A stretch of DNA of 49,402 nucleotides, taken from the NCBI GenBank assembly GCA_043793345.1, contig JAYVXF010000094.1, forward strand, positions 1 through 49,402, in the 5' to 3' direction. The stretch's first letter is position 1. Every line of letters begins with the position of its first letter. This DNA is from Betaproteobacteria bacterium (lineage in GTDB: Bacteria; Pseudomonadota; Gammaproteobacteria; Burkholderiales; Usitatibacteraceae). A program made the translations under genes and the position numbers. This document shows positions 1 through 8,535 of this stretch, in pieces. The notes beneath the pieces were generated by a model. That model made no database searches. It was not told where the DNA came from and worked only from the letters and a program-made list of their open reading frames with translations.

Positions 1-907
1 GTTTGTTAATAAACACCCTTAGCGTTGCCCGGAGGCTTCCTGACACTGCGAGAGTGGTGAGACAGAGCAATGCGGCAAAAACAAACGCAATTTGCAGTGT
101 TTCACCCCAGCCTCCACCGAAGACTCGCACCCAATAACCCGCGCTGGCAATCATCAACAGGCAAATTCCCGCGATGCTGACTGCAGTCGAGTGGAACACG
201 ATGCCCCGTGAGACATGCAAATCAATCGTCCAGGTCGTATTTCGTGCCGTCGCGACGGCAACAAAGAAAACGACAAATGCGTGGGCGACACCGCGTGCCG
301 CCCATATCCCGGAGTCAAGATGTTTGAACAACACAGCGTCGGCATACATGAAAAGATCAAAGGCAAACATGCCCGCAAGCCCAATCACGAGCGGTTTTAT
401 TGCCCAACGGCGGCTTTCCAGGGTACGCCGGTAAAGCTGTTCAGTTAACGCAAGTCCGAGAACTGAAATACCGAGCAGCACCAGGAAGACACCCATGGCT
501 CCACGTTCCTCGGGCGCAGCGCGCCACGGCAGATCCTCGGGCAAAATCGCCGCCGCAATTAGCAATGCTGCCGTAGCAACAAGACGCCACGGTCGCGATT
601 TTAATTCGCCCGTCGCGGCGCGCATATCAGGCCACTCGCCGAGCAATAGCAACAAAAAAGCGAGCCATGCGCCAATCCGGACGACGTCGAAAACGCGCGC
701 CACCCACCAGAACTCTGAGATCGAGAACGCGAGTGCCGCACAGACGAAACCAGCCCACAGGGCGCTTGCCACGGCAGCACCGAAAACCACGCCGGCCCGA
801 CGCCCACCGCGCCAGCTAAGTAAGAGTCGAGCGGTAAACGCGACGAAGATCAACGCCGCGAAGCCATAGCTCCATATTGTTGGGGCGTAAAGTAAAGAGT
901 TAGGCAA
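1..907 (-). CDS. prsK: PEP-CTERM-system sensor histidine kinase (PrsK-like), N-terminal membrane portion only; the CDS continues past the left window edge
   Basis: This minus-strand frame runs off the left edge, so it is absent from the supplied ORF track. My translation reads PNSLLYAPTIWSYGFAALIFVAFTARLLLSWRGGRRAGVVFGAAVASALWAGFV...GAMGVFLVLLGISVLGLALTEQLYRRTLESRRWAIKPLVIGLAGMFAFDLFMYADAVLF... It contains many hydrophobic spans, as I recall for the PrsK membrane half, and it lies next to xrtA. The kinase core is outside the window. After the in-frame stop at 944-946 the only start candidate is TTG at 907, with no clear SD, so the start is uncertain. Confidence 0.5.
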   Translation of the reverse strand, partial: MPNSLLYAPTIWSYGFAALIFVAFTARLLLSWRGGRRAGVVFGAAVASALWAGFVCAALAFSISEFWWVARVFDVVRIGAWLAFLLLLLGEWPDMRAATGELKSRPWRLVATAALLIAAAILPEDLPWRAAPEERGAMGVFLVLLGISVLGLALTEQLYRRTLESRRWAIKPLVIGLAGMFAFDLFMYADAVLFKHLDSGIWAARGVAHAFVVFFVAVATARNTTWTIDLHVSRGIVFHSTAVSIAGICLLMIASAGYWVRVFGGGWGETLQIAFVFAALLCLTTLAVSGSLRATLRVFINK

Positions 908-1059
908 GGGAAGCGGCGTGTCGTCTATTGACGTTTCCTGGTTTCACGACAACACCCCTCTCATTCTTTGGCGTGTCGCCAATATTGGAAACATCGATAA
1001 TTCGGGATTGCTTCATAGCAGCGAGCTGATTAATTTTTTGTCCGCTGCCACGCTGAATA

Positions 1060-2595
1060 TCATGGTTTAGACGTGCGAAGTAGCGCGTTCTCCAACTCTC
1101 CGCCCATGTCACGGGTGAATTCTTGCAGCAATTTTGAAGACCCGTCCGAGGACTCATTTGCGCTGGTATAAATTGCAACCCAGGCCGACCCGCCATGTAC
1201 GCCATGCAGGCGAGTGAGAAGTTGCTGAAATTTTGCATTAAAGTCACTTGCAGTAGATACCCCATTAATCCAATACCAGTGCCATGCAAGAACTCTACCC
1301 GTACGACCAAGTATTACGCCGGTTTTTGCTTCGAGAGGTAAACCTGATATTTCAGTCTGTACGATGCCTCGATCCGCCAGGTTCCAGCTCGACTTATCCC
1401 CGCCGGCTAGTTGGTTGGACACAGTTACCAGCTTGGATTCCCAGGTTTCATTTCGAAAGATGCCGACAAAAACACTGACCCGACGTCCGGCTTTTTCAAA
1501 AACCTGCACGCGGAGCAATGAAGGGTTACTGAGTTCCGGGGCCCATTCCAGTGTCGAATTTTCAACCGGCGACCAGCCAGCCTGCGGTGAGATATCTGCT
1601 ACTTCCATCGGGCCCGATATCGTCTGAAACTGCAACCGAGATTCGTACAGTGGCCAAACTGCCAATGTGAACGCAATCAGAACGGAAACAGCCAGGAGCC
1701 GGGGTACAGACGGCCCGCGCAAAGGGGACGAATTTGTGGCGACGCCATTGAGATCAAGTGAAATGTTGTCGCCTGCGGACGGCTCCGCATCGCGATAGCG
1801 CAGCCCAAACCAGCAAAAAAAGAATAGAAATACGGCGAACAGCAGCCAGCCAAAAGTGTAGTGATCCTCGCGAAGAAATCGATTATCACTATGGTGCGCG
1901 ACCATCATCGTCAGATAAACGCGGATCCAGTTACCCACTACGCCAATAACGGTCGCGCCCAAGATGAAAAAAACACGTTTCATCGTAGAACGATAAATTG
2001 TCCATGCGTAAAGTACGCCAAGCAAAAGGCAAGTACTTAGGAACGCTACCCCGCTGCAGGTATCGGCGACGGCCCACGTACCGCTGGGAAGGACAAAATA
2101 CGCTCCCTCGCGGTATATCGGAACGCCTGATGCTCGGATGCCCAACTCGGCGAACTTCGCAGTCCATTTCACCAAGGTAGGAACCAGTGGGCTCCAGATC
2201 GGAACCGCAAACATCAACACGAAAAATGGAAAAGCCATTGCGGCCAACCAGCGAAATCCAAGCAATGTCAGCACGGCCATTGGAACCATCGCGAGCACGG
2301 CAAGCTGCGTGAAAACGCGGGTGAAGACAAGCTGGCCCGCCAGCCAAATAAATCCCAATCCAATCAGCCCGAAGAATCCAAACAAGAAGGGACGAATCGG
2401 CAGTACGGCAAGTTTGGCGCGCAGATTCCAAATGAGCACCAAAACGACGAAGACGACGAGCGCACTGTGGGAAGAGTAATCTGTGATCCTCCCAAACCCC
2501 AGTAAATAAGCGGTAGTCGGCCAGTAAATGCACGCGACTGAAATGAAGATTGCGGCTACGCTAAGAGGCCCGATGACAAACGCGCGACCAGTCAT
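1060..2595 (-). CDS. xrtA: Exosortase A (XrtA/EpsH) fused to a C-terminal EpsI-family domain
   Basis: 511 aa with a polytopic N-terminal half. Exosortase signature residues are present: ADTCSGV (catalytic Cys), GNWIRVY (Arg) and AHHSDNRF...DHYTFGW (His). After a further TM segment, the C-terminal ~210 aa (WPLYESRL...WHWYWINGV...) resembles the periplasmic EpsI family. ATG start at 2595. Confidence 0.85.
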   Translation of the reverse strand: MTGRAFVIGPLSVAAIFISVACIYWPTTAYLLGFGRITDYSSHSALVVFVVLVLIWNLRAKLAVLPIRPFLFGFFGLIGLGFIWLAGQLVFTRVFTQLAVLAMVPMAVLTLLGFRWLAAMAFPFFVLMFAVPIWSPLVPTLVKWTAKFAELGIRASGVPIYREGAYFVLPSGTWAVADTCSGVAFLSTCLLLGVLYAWTIYRSTMKRVFFILGATVIGVVGNWIRVYLTMMVAHHSDNRFLREDHYTFGWLLFAVFLFFFCWFGLRYRDAEPSAGDNISLDLNGVATNSSPLRGPSVPRLLAVSVLIAFTLAVWPLYESRLQFQTISGPMEVADISPQAGWSPVENSTLEWAPELSNPSLLRVQVFEKAGRRVSVFVGIFRNETWESKLVTVSNQLAGGDKSSWNLADRGIVQTEISGLPLEAKTGVILGRTGRVLAWHWYWINGVSTASDFNAKFQQLLTRLHGVHGGSAWVAIYTSANESSDGSSKLLQEFTRDMGGELENALLRTSKP

Positions 2596-3080
2596 TCAGC
2601 ACCGTCAGGCAATATTTGTGCATCGCATTGCCACCCACAGGCAAAAGAGGCGTTGCGTGCGATCCAAAACAATATTTTCGCCCCAATGTGCATGCTATTT
2701 CCCCTTTCCCAAAGCACCATCGGTCAACAGCAAAATCCGCGTCATGGCCCTTAATTCTTCCGTTTCCCCGGCTCCCAAAGCCACGCAGCGTTACACTCTT
2801 AACTAATTGTACATGCTGCATAGGCTGACATAAGCGCCCATTGCTCATGGGGCCGACGAAACTGGAGCAGTCTTGTCCGTTCGAGGCCACTGGGCGACCC
2901 TGAGCCGTCAAATTCCCAAAGCGAATTCACGTACGCTCCAAAGCACTGTTTCTGAACCCGCTTCAATTTAGACGCGCTCGTTTGGTGAGTGGCAAGCAGG
3001 GAAGAAACACGAACAATTTTATGCAGGCGTATCCGTCGCACTTTCAGGAAGTTTCGTAGTAGACGCCGAATGCCACCTGT

Positions 3081-3108
3081 AAAAATAAATACCCCGCCAA
3101 GGCGGGGT
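3081..3108 (-). terminator. Rho-independent terminator downstream of the PEP-CTERM gene
   Basis: On the minus strand the sequence is ACCCCGCC-TTGG-CGGGGT followed by ATTTATTTTT. It lies about 40 nt after the stop codon at 3147-3149. Confidence 0.7.
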
Positions 3109-3146
3109 ATCGGTGTAGCGCTAGGGGAAAATCAACAGTGCGTTAA

Positions 3147-3824
3147 TTAAGCGAGTACAGACTTGCGCCGCACGAAGCCAAGACCAAGGAGTCCCAGTCC
3201 GAGTAGTCCCAGCGTTGTGGGTTCGGGCACGTTGGCGGGCGGATCCACTACGGTGACTACGCCAACAGTTGCGAAGCCGCCACCCTCGCCGGAGGTGATT
3301 GTGATGACATTGGCCAAATTGAACCCATTAGTGGTGTTTATAGTGCTGCTACCGCTGGCAGAAAACACCCCACCCGTAAATGACCCTAGGCTATTCAGGG
3401 CGATACCGTTAAGTAACGATCCGACAGTGACCGTGCCACTGGTAATCCCGCCCGTCGATGTGCGCGCGGCTAGATTGGTGCCAAAAGGGTTGATGAGGTT
3501 AGGGTCGGACAAAATAATTGTCAGCGTGCCGGCACCACGCGAGCTGAAATCGCTGGAGAGCAAATTGAGGAACGCAGGTTGACCCTCCGGGGCAGGCGAA
3601 TTCGAGATACCGGTGGTTACATTAGCGAACCAAGAGCCCAGACCGCCAGAGAAATGAACAATGCCGACGGTCGGATCGGTGTCGCCAATGCCGTTATCTT
3701 CAACGCTAATGGAGTTCTCCCCAGAACTCAACGTGAGAATCATGGTTGCATTTGCAAAAGTGGCACTGACCGACAAGACGCCGGTCGTCAAAATTGTCGT
3801 AATAATCTTCTTGATATTTTTCAT
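3147..3824 (-). CDS. PEP-CTERM sorting-domain protein (secreted Gly/Ser/Thr/Asn-rich exosortase substrate)
   Basis: 225 aa. The N-terminal signal peptide is MKNIKKIITTILTTGVLSVSATFANA. The C-terminus VPEPTTLGLLGLGLLGLGFVRRKSVLA is the canonical PEP motif followed by a TM helix and a basic cluster. Confidence 0.9.
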   Translation of the reverse strand: MKNIKKIITTILTTGVLSVSATFANATMILTLSSGENSISVEDNGIGDTDPTVGIVHFSGGLGSWFANVTTGISNSPAPEGQPAFLNLLSSDFSSRGAGTLTIILSDPNLINPFGTNLAARTSTGGITSGTVTVGSLLNGIALNSLGSFTGGVFSASGSSTINTTNGFNLANVITITSGEGGGFATVGVVTVVDPPANVPEPTTLGLLGLGLLGLGFVRRKSVLA

Positions 3825-3894
3825 ATGCGTTCCGAAAAAATAGCGGTCGGTTATTGTTGGTGAGTAAGTTATTTATACCTGCCGAGACTTAAGA

Positions 3895-3909
3895 GCAACT
3901 CGCATGCCA
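3895..3909 (-). promoter_or_regulatory. Sigma-54 (-24/-12) type promoter for the PEP-CTERM gene
   Basis: The minus strand reads TGGCAT-GCGAG-TTGC. This has the exact GG-N10-GC spacing of the TGGCAC-N5-TTGCW consensus and lies about 70 nt upstream of the ATG at 3824. It is consistent with PrsR/sigma-54 control as described for PEP-CTERM loci. Confidence 0.6.
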
Positions 3910-4089
3910 TCAGAAAAAAATACCTAACAAACAATGCATTAGAACTTAATGTGAAAGTCGGCCTTAGTTATAAAAGATAATGTGTAAAATTTTTTGACAG
4001 GCTTAGCGATGCGCCAACCGTCGGAACAGAATTCCCATTAGATAGGTGGACTCTTCCGTCGGTCATGCCACCGGTTTGAGCCGCTGGGT

Positions 4090-4450
4090 GGCTAAGTAAA
4101 CTTCACCAAGCGTCCTACCGTCAAGAGACGAGTGCGTACGGAAGCGATTGTAGCAATGCAGCAGGCGTCCGATGGACTGCAGGACAGGACTTGGCTGACA
4201 CTGTCGATACGCCTACAATTATTCCTTCGCGTACTTCCTTTGGCGGGATAGCGGATCGATGAATACATCGTCGAGCCAGCTCCCTTTCCATCCATGCAGG
4301 TCTGGACGCTTGCCGCCTTGAGAGCTTCCGTGAAGGCGGCGCTGGCGAAATGGCGGCCCTGATCGTCTTTCATGATCTTGGACTTGCCGTAGCGACGAAT
4401 GGCTCGACTGGGATTGTCTTTGCACGATTGCTCGGTGCAGTGGAAAGAGC
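4090..4450 (-). pseudogene. Decayed IS3-family transposase (OrfB/integrase C-terminal) remnant
   Basis: The minus-strand translation has to be pieced together across three frames and two stop codons. The pieces are KIMKDDQGRHFASAAFTEALKAASVQTCMDGKG / SWLDDVFIDPLSRQRKYAKE* / AYRQCQPSPVLQSIGRLLHCYNRFRTHSSLDGRTLGEVY. This tracks the IS3 OrfB tail pattern (DQG.QFTS..F...L....I..SMDGKG.WLDNVFIERLWRSLKYE..Y...Y.S...A...I..Y...YN..R.HSSLDG.TP.EVY). No N-terminal part or terminal inverted repeats were recognised. Confidence 0.7.
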
Positions 4451-4558
4451 AAGCGCAAGTTAGAATCAAAGTTGATTGATGCAAAATTTGATTTACTAAA
4501 CCAATATTTTTTTGGTTTTTTACATACGCTTCAATCACTTTACAAGAGCCTTTTCAAC

Positions 4559-6544
4559 ATGTGCGGCATCGCAGGAATTCTGACCAACTCTTCCAGTAAG
4601 CCGCCTGAGCGTGCCGAACTTTTTGCAATGATCGCGCGCCTGCATCATCGTGGTCCGGACGGAACCGGCATATTGATTGATGGCGCGATTGGACTCGCCC
4701 ACGCGCGCTTGAGCATCATCGATCTTGCGGGAGGCCAACAGCCGATTCACAACGAGGATCGGACGGTTCAAGTGGTGTTCAACGGCGAGATTTTTAATTA
4801 CCTTGAGCTGCGCAAGCGGCTAATCGAAAAAGGCCACCAGTTTTATACGCAGACCGACACGGAAGTCATCGTTCACCTGTATGAAGAACACGGCGAGCGA
4901 TTCGTTGATCACCTTAACGGCCAGTTCGCGATTGCGCTTTGGGATGCGCGGCGGCAGAGCTTGGTGCTCGCGCGCGACCGCACTGGGATCCGGCCGCTGT
5001 TCTACACCGAGGCCGCTGGGCGTTTCGTATTTGCCTCCGAAATAAAGGCGCTGTTTGCGTTGTCCGAGGTGCGTCGATGCATCGATTCCCAAGCACTGGT
5101 CGAGACCTGCACGTATTGGTCGCCCCTGGCTCCACGCACTGCGTTCGAGGGTGTGACATCGTTGCCGCCTGGTCACGTGATGGTTTTAACGGAGGGCGTG
5201 CGCAGCTTGCATCAATATTGGGACTGGACTTTTCCCGATGCTGAGCAGGGACGAAACAACGGCCTTAATCGTTCCGAAGCTGACTACGCGGCAGAGCTGC
5301 GCGAGCTTCTGATCGACGCGGTACGCCTGCAGCTGCGCGCGGATGTGCCGGTTGGCGCGTACTTGAGCGGCGGGCTGGATTCGTCCATCATCACCTCGAT
5401 CATTCGCAATTTCTCGGACACACCGCTGCGGACGTTTTCGCTAACGTTCGAAGACGCCGAATTTGACGAAAGCACACATCAAAAAGAATTGGTCGATTAT
5501 CTTGACACCGAACACACCTCGATACGCTGCACGCGAGCCGACATCGCGGCCGCTTTTCCGCGCACCGTATTGCACACTGAATCGACGATTGTTCGCACCG
5601 CACCCGCGCCACTCATGTTGCTGTCAGGCCACGTTCGTGAAGCAGGCTACAAGGTGGTGTTGACGGGCGAGGGAGCCGATGAAGTCTTCGGTGGCTACGA
5701 TTTATTCAAAGAAGCAAAGATACGTCGCTTCTGGGCGCGATCACCGGACTCAACCTCGCGGCCACGCATCCTTGAGCGTTTGTATCCGTATCTAAAAAAT
5801 TCTCCCGCCACTGGTCGCGCGTTCACGCAGGCATTTTTTCGCGATGGCATGGAGCATGTCGACGAGCCCTACTTCGCACACATTCCGCGCTGGACCACGA
5901 CTCGTCGCATCCACCAATTTTTTTCCCGCGAGGTGCGTGACGCTATTGGCGATTGGGATCCATACGGTGCAATTTTGGCGACGCTGCCGAGTGGCATAAA
6001 TCGCTGGAAACCGATGGCGCGTGATCAATATGTGGAGGCGCATACATTGATGACCGGCTATTTACTCTGCTCGCAAGGTGACCGCGTGGCAATGGCAAAT
6101 TCCATCGAAGGGCGCTTTCCGTTTCTTGACCATCGCCTGATCGAATTCGCCAACCAGCTTCCGCCACAACTTAAATTGCACGGCCTCACCGAAAAATACC
6201 TGCTCAAAAAATCAATGAAAGGACTGCTGCCTGAAACGGTGCGCACGCGCACCAAGCAGCCTTATCGTGCGCCCGACAGCCAAAGCTTTTTCAATGCTGG
6301 GGTTCCGGTGGATTACGTCGCCGAATTATTCAGCGCGCCGAAAATCTCATCCGCAGGATATTTTGAAGCTTCTGCCACGGCCAAATTATTCGAGAAGTGT
6401 CGCGCCGGTCGCGCCATTGGTTTCGCCGACAATATGGCATTCGTCGCGATCTTATCGACGATGTTGCTGCACGAACAATTCATCCTCGGGCACGACTTGA
6501 GTGCGGTGGGGCATGTATCTGCGCCGCGCTCGCTCTCAACCTGA
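4559..6544 (+). CDS. Asparagine-synthase-family glutamine amidotransferase (exosortase A locus-associated type)
   Basis: The start is reassigned to the ATG at 4559, giving MCGIAGIL, because class-II Ntn amidotransferases need Cys2. The track start at 4472 is a TTG 29 codons upstream. The PP-loop LSGGLDSSIITS is in the synthase domain. Product is 661 aa. Confidence 0.85.
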   Translation: MCGIAGILTNSSSKPPERAELFAMIARLHHRGPDGTGILIDGAIGLAHARLSIIDLAGGQQPIHNEDRTVQVVFNGEIFNYLELRKRLIEKGHQFYTQTDTEVIVHLYEEHGERFVDHLNGQFAIALWDARRQSLVLARDRTGIRPLFYTEAAGRFVFASEIKALFALSEVRRCIDSQALVETCTYWSPLAPRTAFEGVTSLPPGHVMVLTEGVRSLHQYWDWTFPDAEQGRNNGLNRSEADYAAELRELLIDAVRLQLRADVPVGAYLSGGLDSSIITSIIRNFSDTPLRTFSLTFEDAEFDESTHQKELVDYLDTEHTSIRCTRADIAAAFPRTVLHTESTIVRTAPAPLMLLSGHVREAGYKVVLTGEGADEVFGGYDLFKEAKIRRFWARSPDSTSRPRILERLYPYLKNSPATGRAFTQAFFRDGMEHVDEPYFAHIPRWTTTRRIHQFFSREVRDAIGDWDPYGAILATLPSGINRWKPMARDQYVEAHTLMTGYLLCSQGDRVAMANSIEGRFPFLDHRLIEFANQLPPQLKLHGLTEKYLLKKSMKGLLPETVRTRTKQPYRAPDSQSFFNAGVPVDYVAELFSAPKISSAGYFEASATAKLFEKCRAGRAIGFADNMAFVAILSTMLLHEQFILGHDLSAVGHVSAPRSLST

Positions 6545-6566
6545 GCACGCGAAGTAAGGAACCTGC

Positions 6567-8111
6567 ATGCTGCTCCACCATTTTTTTGACCAGACCACCG
6601 AACGCTTACCCGACAAAGCCGGACTGATTTGCGATGGCAAGCAATACACCTACGCGGAGCTCGACGCACGTATCGCACAACTGGCGACGATGCTGCGCCA
6701 GCGCGGCGTTAACCATGGTGACCGCGTGGCACTTTTTCTGGACAACAGTCTTGAAATGGTCGTGGGTGTCTTTGCTGCGCTGCGAATCGGTGCGGTGTTC
6801 ATGCCCGTCAACGCCCTGACCAAGCACGACAAACTCGCCTTCATACTTAACGACGCGCGCGCCAGTGCGCTGATTACGCATGAAGCTTTGCGTGGAATAT
6901 GGCAACACGCGCTTGGTGCCAATTCATCGATTCACACTTGCATTGTCGTTGGCGATGCCGCCGTTGAAATAGCCACCAGCACAAAGGCTGAGCGATGCGT
7001 GCCTTATCCGCCGCCATCTGCGCCGTTGCAAAACGCGGATCACGCCACGCAATTGATCGATCAGGATCTCGCCGCGATCATCTACACCTCCGGCTCGACC
7101 GGCCACCCAAAGGGCGTGATGCTCACGCATCTCAATATGGTTTCGGCGGTGCGCTCGGTGAGCGGCTATCTTGGCCTCGCACAAGCCGACGTGATTCTGT
7201 GTGCGCTGCCGCTGGCATTTGACTATGGGCTTTATCAGTTGCTGATGGCGTTCAAGGTGGGTGCCACGCTGGTACTTGAGCGCTCGTTTACGTTTCCAAT
7301 CAAAGTACTCGAGGCAATGGCTACGGAACGCGTGACCGTATTCCCTGGCGTGCCGACGATGTTCTCATTGCTGATGAATTTGAAGGGGCTGGAAAAATTT
7401 GATCTGGCGTCATTGCGCATGATTACTAATACAGCAGCGGCATTATCGGAGGAACACATTCGCCGTTTGCGCGCGCTTTTTCCGCAGGCAACATTGTTTT
7501 CGATGTACGGGCTGACCGAGTGTAAGCGCGTCACTTACCTGCCGCCCGAGCAGTTGGACATTCGACCCACCAGCGTCGGTCGCGGCATGCCAAACGAAGA
7601 GGTTTGGTTGGTTGACGATGTGGGCCAGCGCTTGCCCAACGGCAACACCGGTGAGCTCGTCATTCGCGGCTCAAACGTCATGCGCGGCTACTGGGAAAAT
7701 CCATCAGAGACCGCGAAGCGACTTAAAGCTGGCCCGAACCCGGGCGAAATGGTGCTTTATTCGGGCGATCTTTTTCGCACCGATGACGAGGGCTGGCTAT
7801 ACTTCGTGGCGCGTCGCGATGACATCATCAAGAGCCGCGGCGAGAAGGTCAGTCCGCGCGAAGTGGAGAACGCAATTTACAGCCTGGAGGGCGTATTGGA
7901 GGCGGTGGTGATTGGCGTTGCCGATGAATTATTGGGTGAGGCAATCAAGGCGTATGTCGTGCAGAAAGAAGGTTTCGCGCTCACCGAACGCGAGGTAATT
8001 CGACACTGCCTCGGACGACTGGAAAATTTTATGGCACCGAAATACGTGGAGTTTGTGTTGGAATTGCCGAAGACGGATACAGGTAAAATTAAACGGACGG
8101 GGCTCGTTTAA
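6567..8111 (+). CDS. AMP-forming acyl-CoA/acyl-carrier ligase (adenylate-forming superfamily; exosortase A-associated type)
   Basis: Adenylation core motifs are present: IYTSGSTGHPKGV, GELVIRG, YSGDLF, RRDDIIKSRGEKVSPREVE and PKTDTGKIKR. An AAGGA SD lies 6 nt before the ATG at 6567. Confidence 0.85.
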   Translation: MLLHHFFDQTTERLPDKAGLICDGKQYTYAELDARIAQLATMLRQRGVNHGDRVALFLDNSLEMVVGVFAALRIGAVFMPVNALTKHDKLAFILNDARASALITHEALRGIWQHALGANSSIHTCIVVGDAAVEIATSTKAERCVPYPPPSAPLQNADHATQLIDQDLAAIIYTSGSTGHPKGVMLTHLNMVSAVRSVSGYLGLAQADVILCALPLAFDYGLYQLLMAFKVGATLVLERSFTFPIKVLEAMATERVTVFPGVPTMFSLLMNLKGLEKFDLASLRMITNTAAALSEEHIRRLRALFPQATLFSMYGLTECKRVTYLPPEQLDIRPTSVGRGMPNEEVWLVDDVGQRLPNGNTGELVIRGSNVMRGYWENPSETAKRLKAGPNPGEMVLYSGDLFRTDDEGWLYFVARRDDIIKSRGEKVSPREVENAIYSLEGVLEAVVIGVADELLGEAIKAYVVQKEGFALTEREVIRHCLGRLENFMAPKYVEFVLELPKTDTGKIKRTGLV

Positions 8112-8142
8112 CCGGAGTCAGCAAGCCCGCTTTACAAGATGT

Positions 8143-8207
8143 AGACACAGCATTAGAGCGGCTTTCAGGGCATAAGTGCCCTGGAGTGCCCGCTAATGCT
8201 AGTGTTT
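8143..8207. repeat. Intergenic palindromic repeat, family A, copy 1
   Basis: AGACACAGCATTAGAGCGGCTTTCAGGGCATAAGTGCCCTGGAGTGCCCGCTAATGCTAGTGTTT. The outer arms are imperfectly complementary and the centre is a perfect CAGGGCA-TAAG-TGCCCTG stem. It shares the GCATT.G.GCGG head and the GCTAGTGTTT tail with the copy at 26801. Confidence 0.5.
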
Positions 8208-8246
8208 ACTAATTAATAATCTCCATTATTTTCGGCCTGGGAAATT

Positions 8247-8507
8247 ATGCAAGACATCAAGAATTTGGTTCGCAAGTTTCTTCTGGATAATTTTGTGATG
8301 GGCGGAAACATTGTCATCAATGACGATACTTCGTTTATGGCCGCCCACATACTCGACTCCACCGGATTCATTGAATTGATCCTTTTCATCGAAGAAACTT
8401 TCGACGTAAAAGTAGATGATGCCGAAATGCTGCCGGAAAATTTTGACAGTCTCATCAATATTGACGGCTATGTTGAACACAAGCGCGTCGCTGTTGCAAG
8501 CAGCTAG
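8247..8507 (+). CDS. Acyl carrier protein
   Basis: 86 aa and acidic, with the phosphopantetheine-attachment motif HILDSTGFIELILFIEETF. It lies directly downstream of the ligase. Confidence 0.75.
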   Translation: MQDIKNLVRKFLLDNFVMGGNIVINDDTSFMAAHILDSTGFIELILFIEETFDVKVDDAEMLPENFDSLINIDGYVEHKRVAVASS

Positions 8508-8535
8508 CCGACACAACGCCAACGCAACCGACGCA

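Noticed and set aside
495-869. 124-aa plus-strand ORF and other short ORFs in 154-869
   Set aside because: They are Ala/Arg/Ser-rich shadows opposite the polytopic PrsK-like frame, which stays open to the window edge.
900-1310. 136-aa minus-strand ORF overlapping the xrtA 3' end and filling the xrtA-prsK gap
   Set aside because: About 250 nt overlap the well-supported xrtA frame. The non-overlapping tail, for example a 38-aa MKQSRIIDVSNIGDTPKNERGVVVKPGNVNRRHAASLA, has no SD, TM segment or family resemblance. A tiny gene in 908-1059 cannot be excluded, but it is unsupported.
2619-2633. Sigma-54-like sequence TGGCAA-TGCGA-TGCA (minus strand) just upstream of xrtA
   Set aside because: The spacing is GG-N9-GC, not the strictly required GG-N10-GC. 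It also lies only ~25 nt from the ATG.
4472-4558. Upstream TTG start for the amidotransferase (690-aa version)
   Set aside because: Ntn glutamine amidotransferases require the catalytic Cys immediately after the initiator Met. The ATG at 4559 gives MCGIAG, and the extension lies in an AT-rich promoter-like tract.
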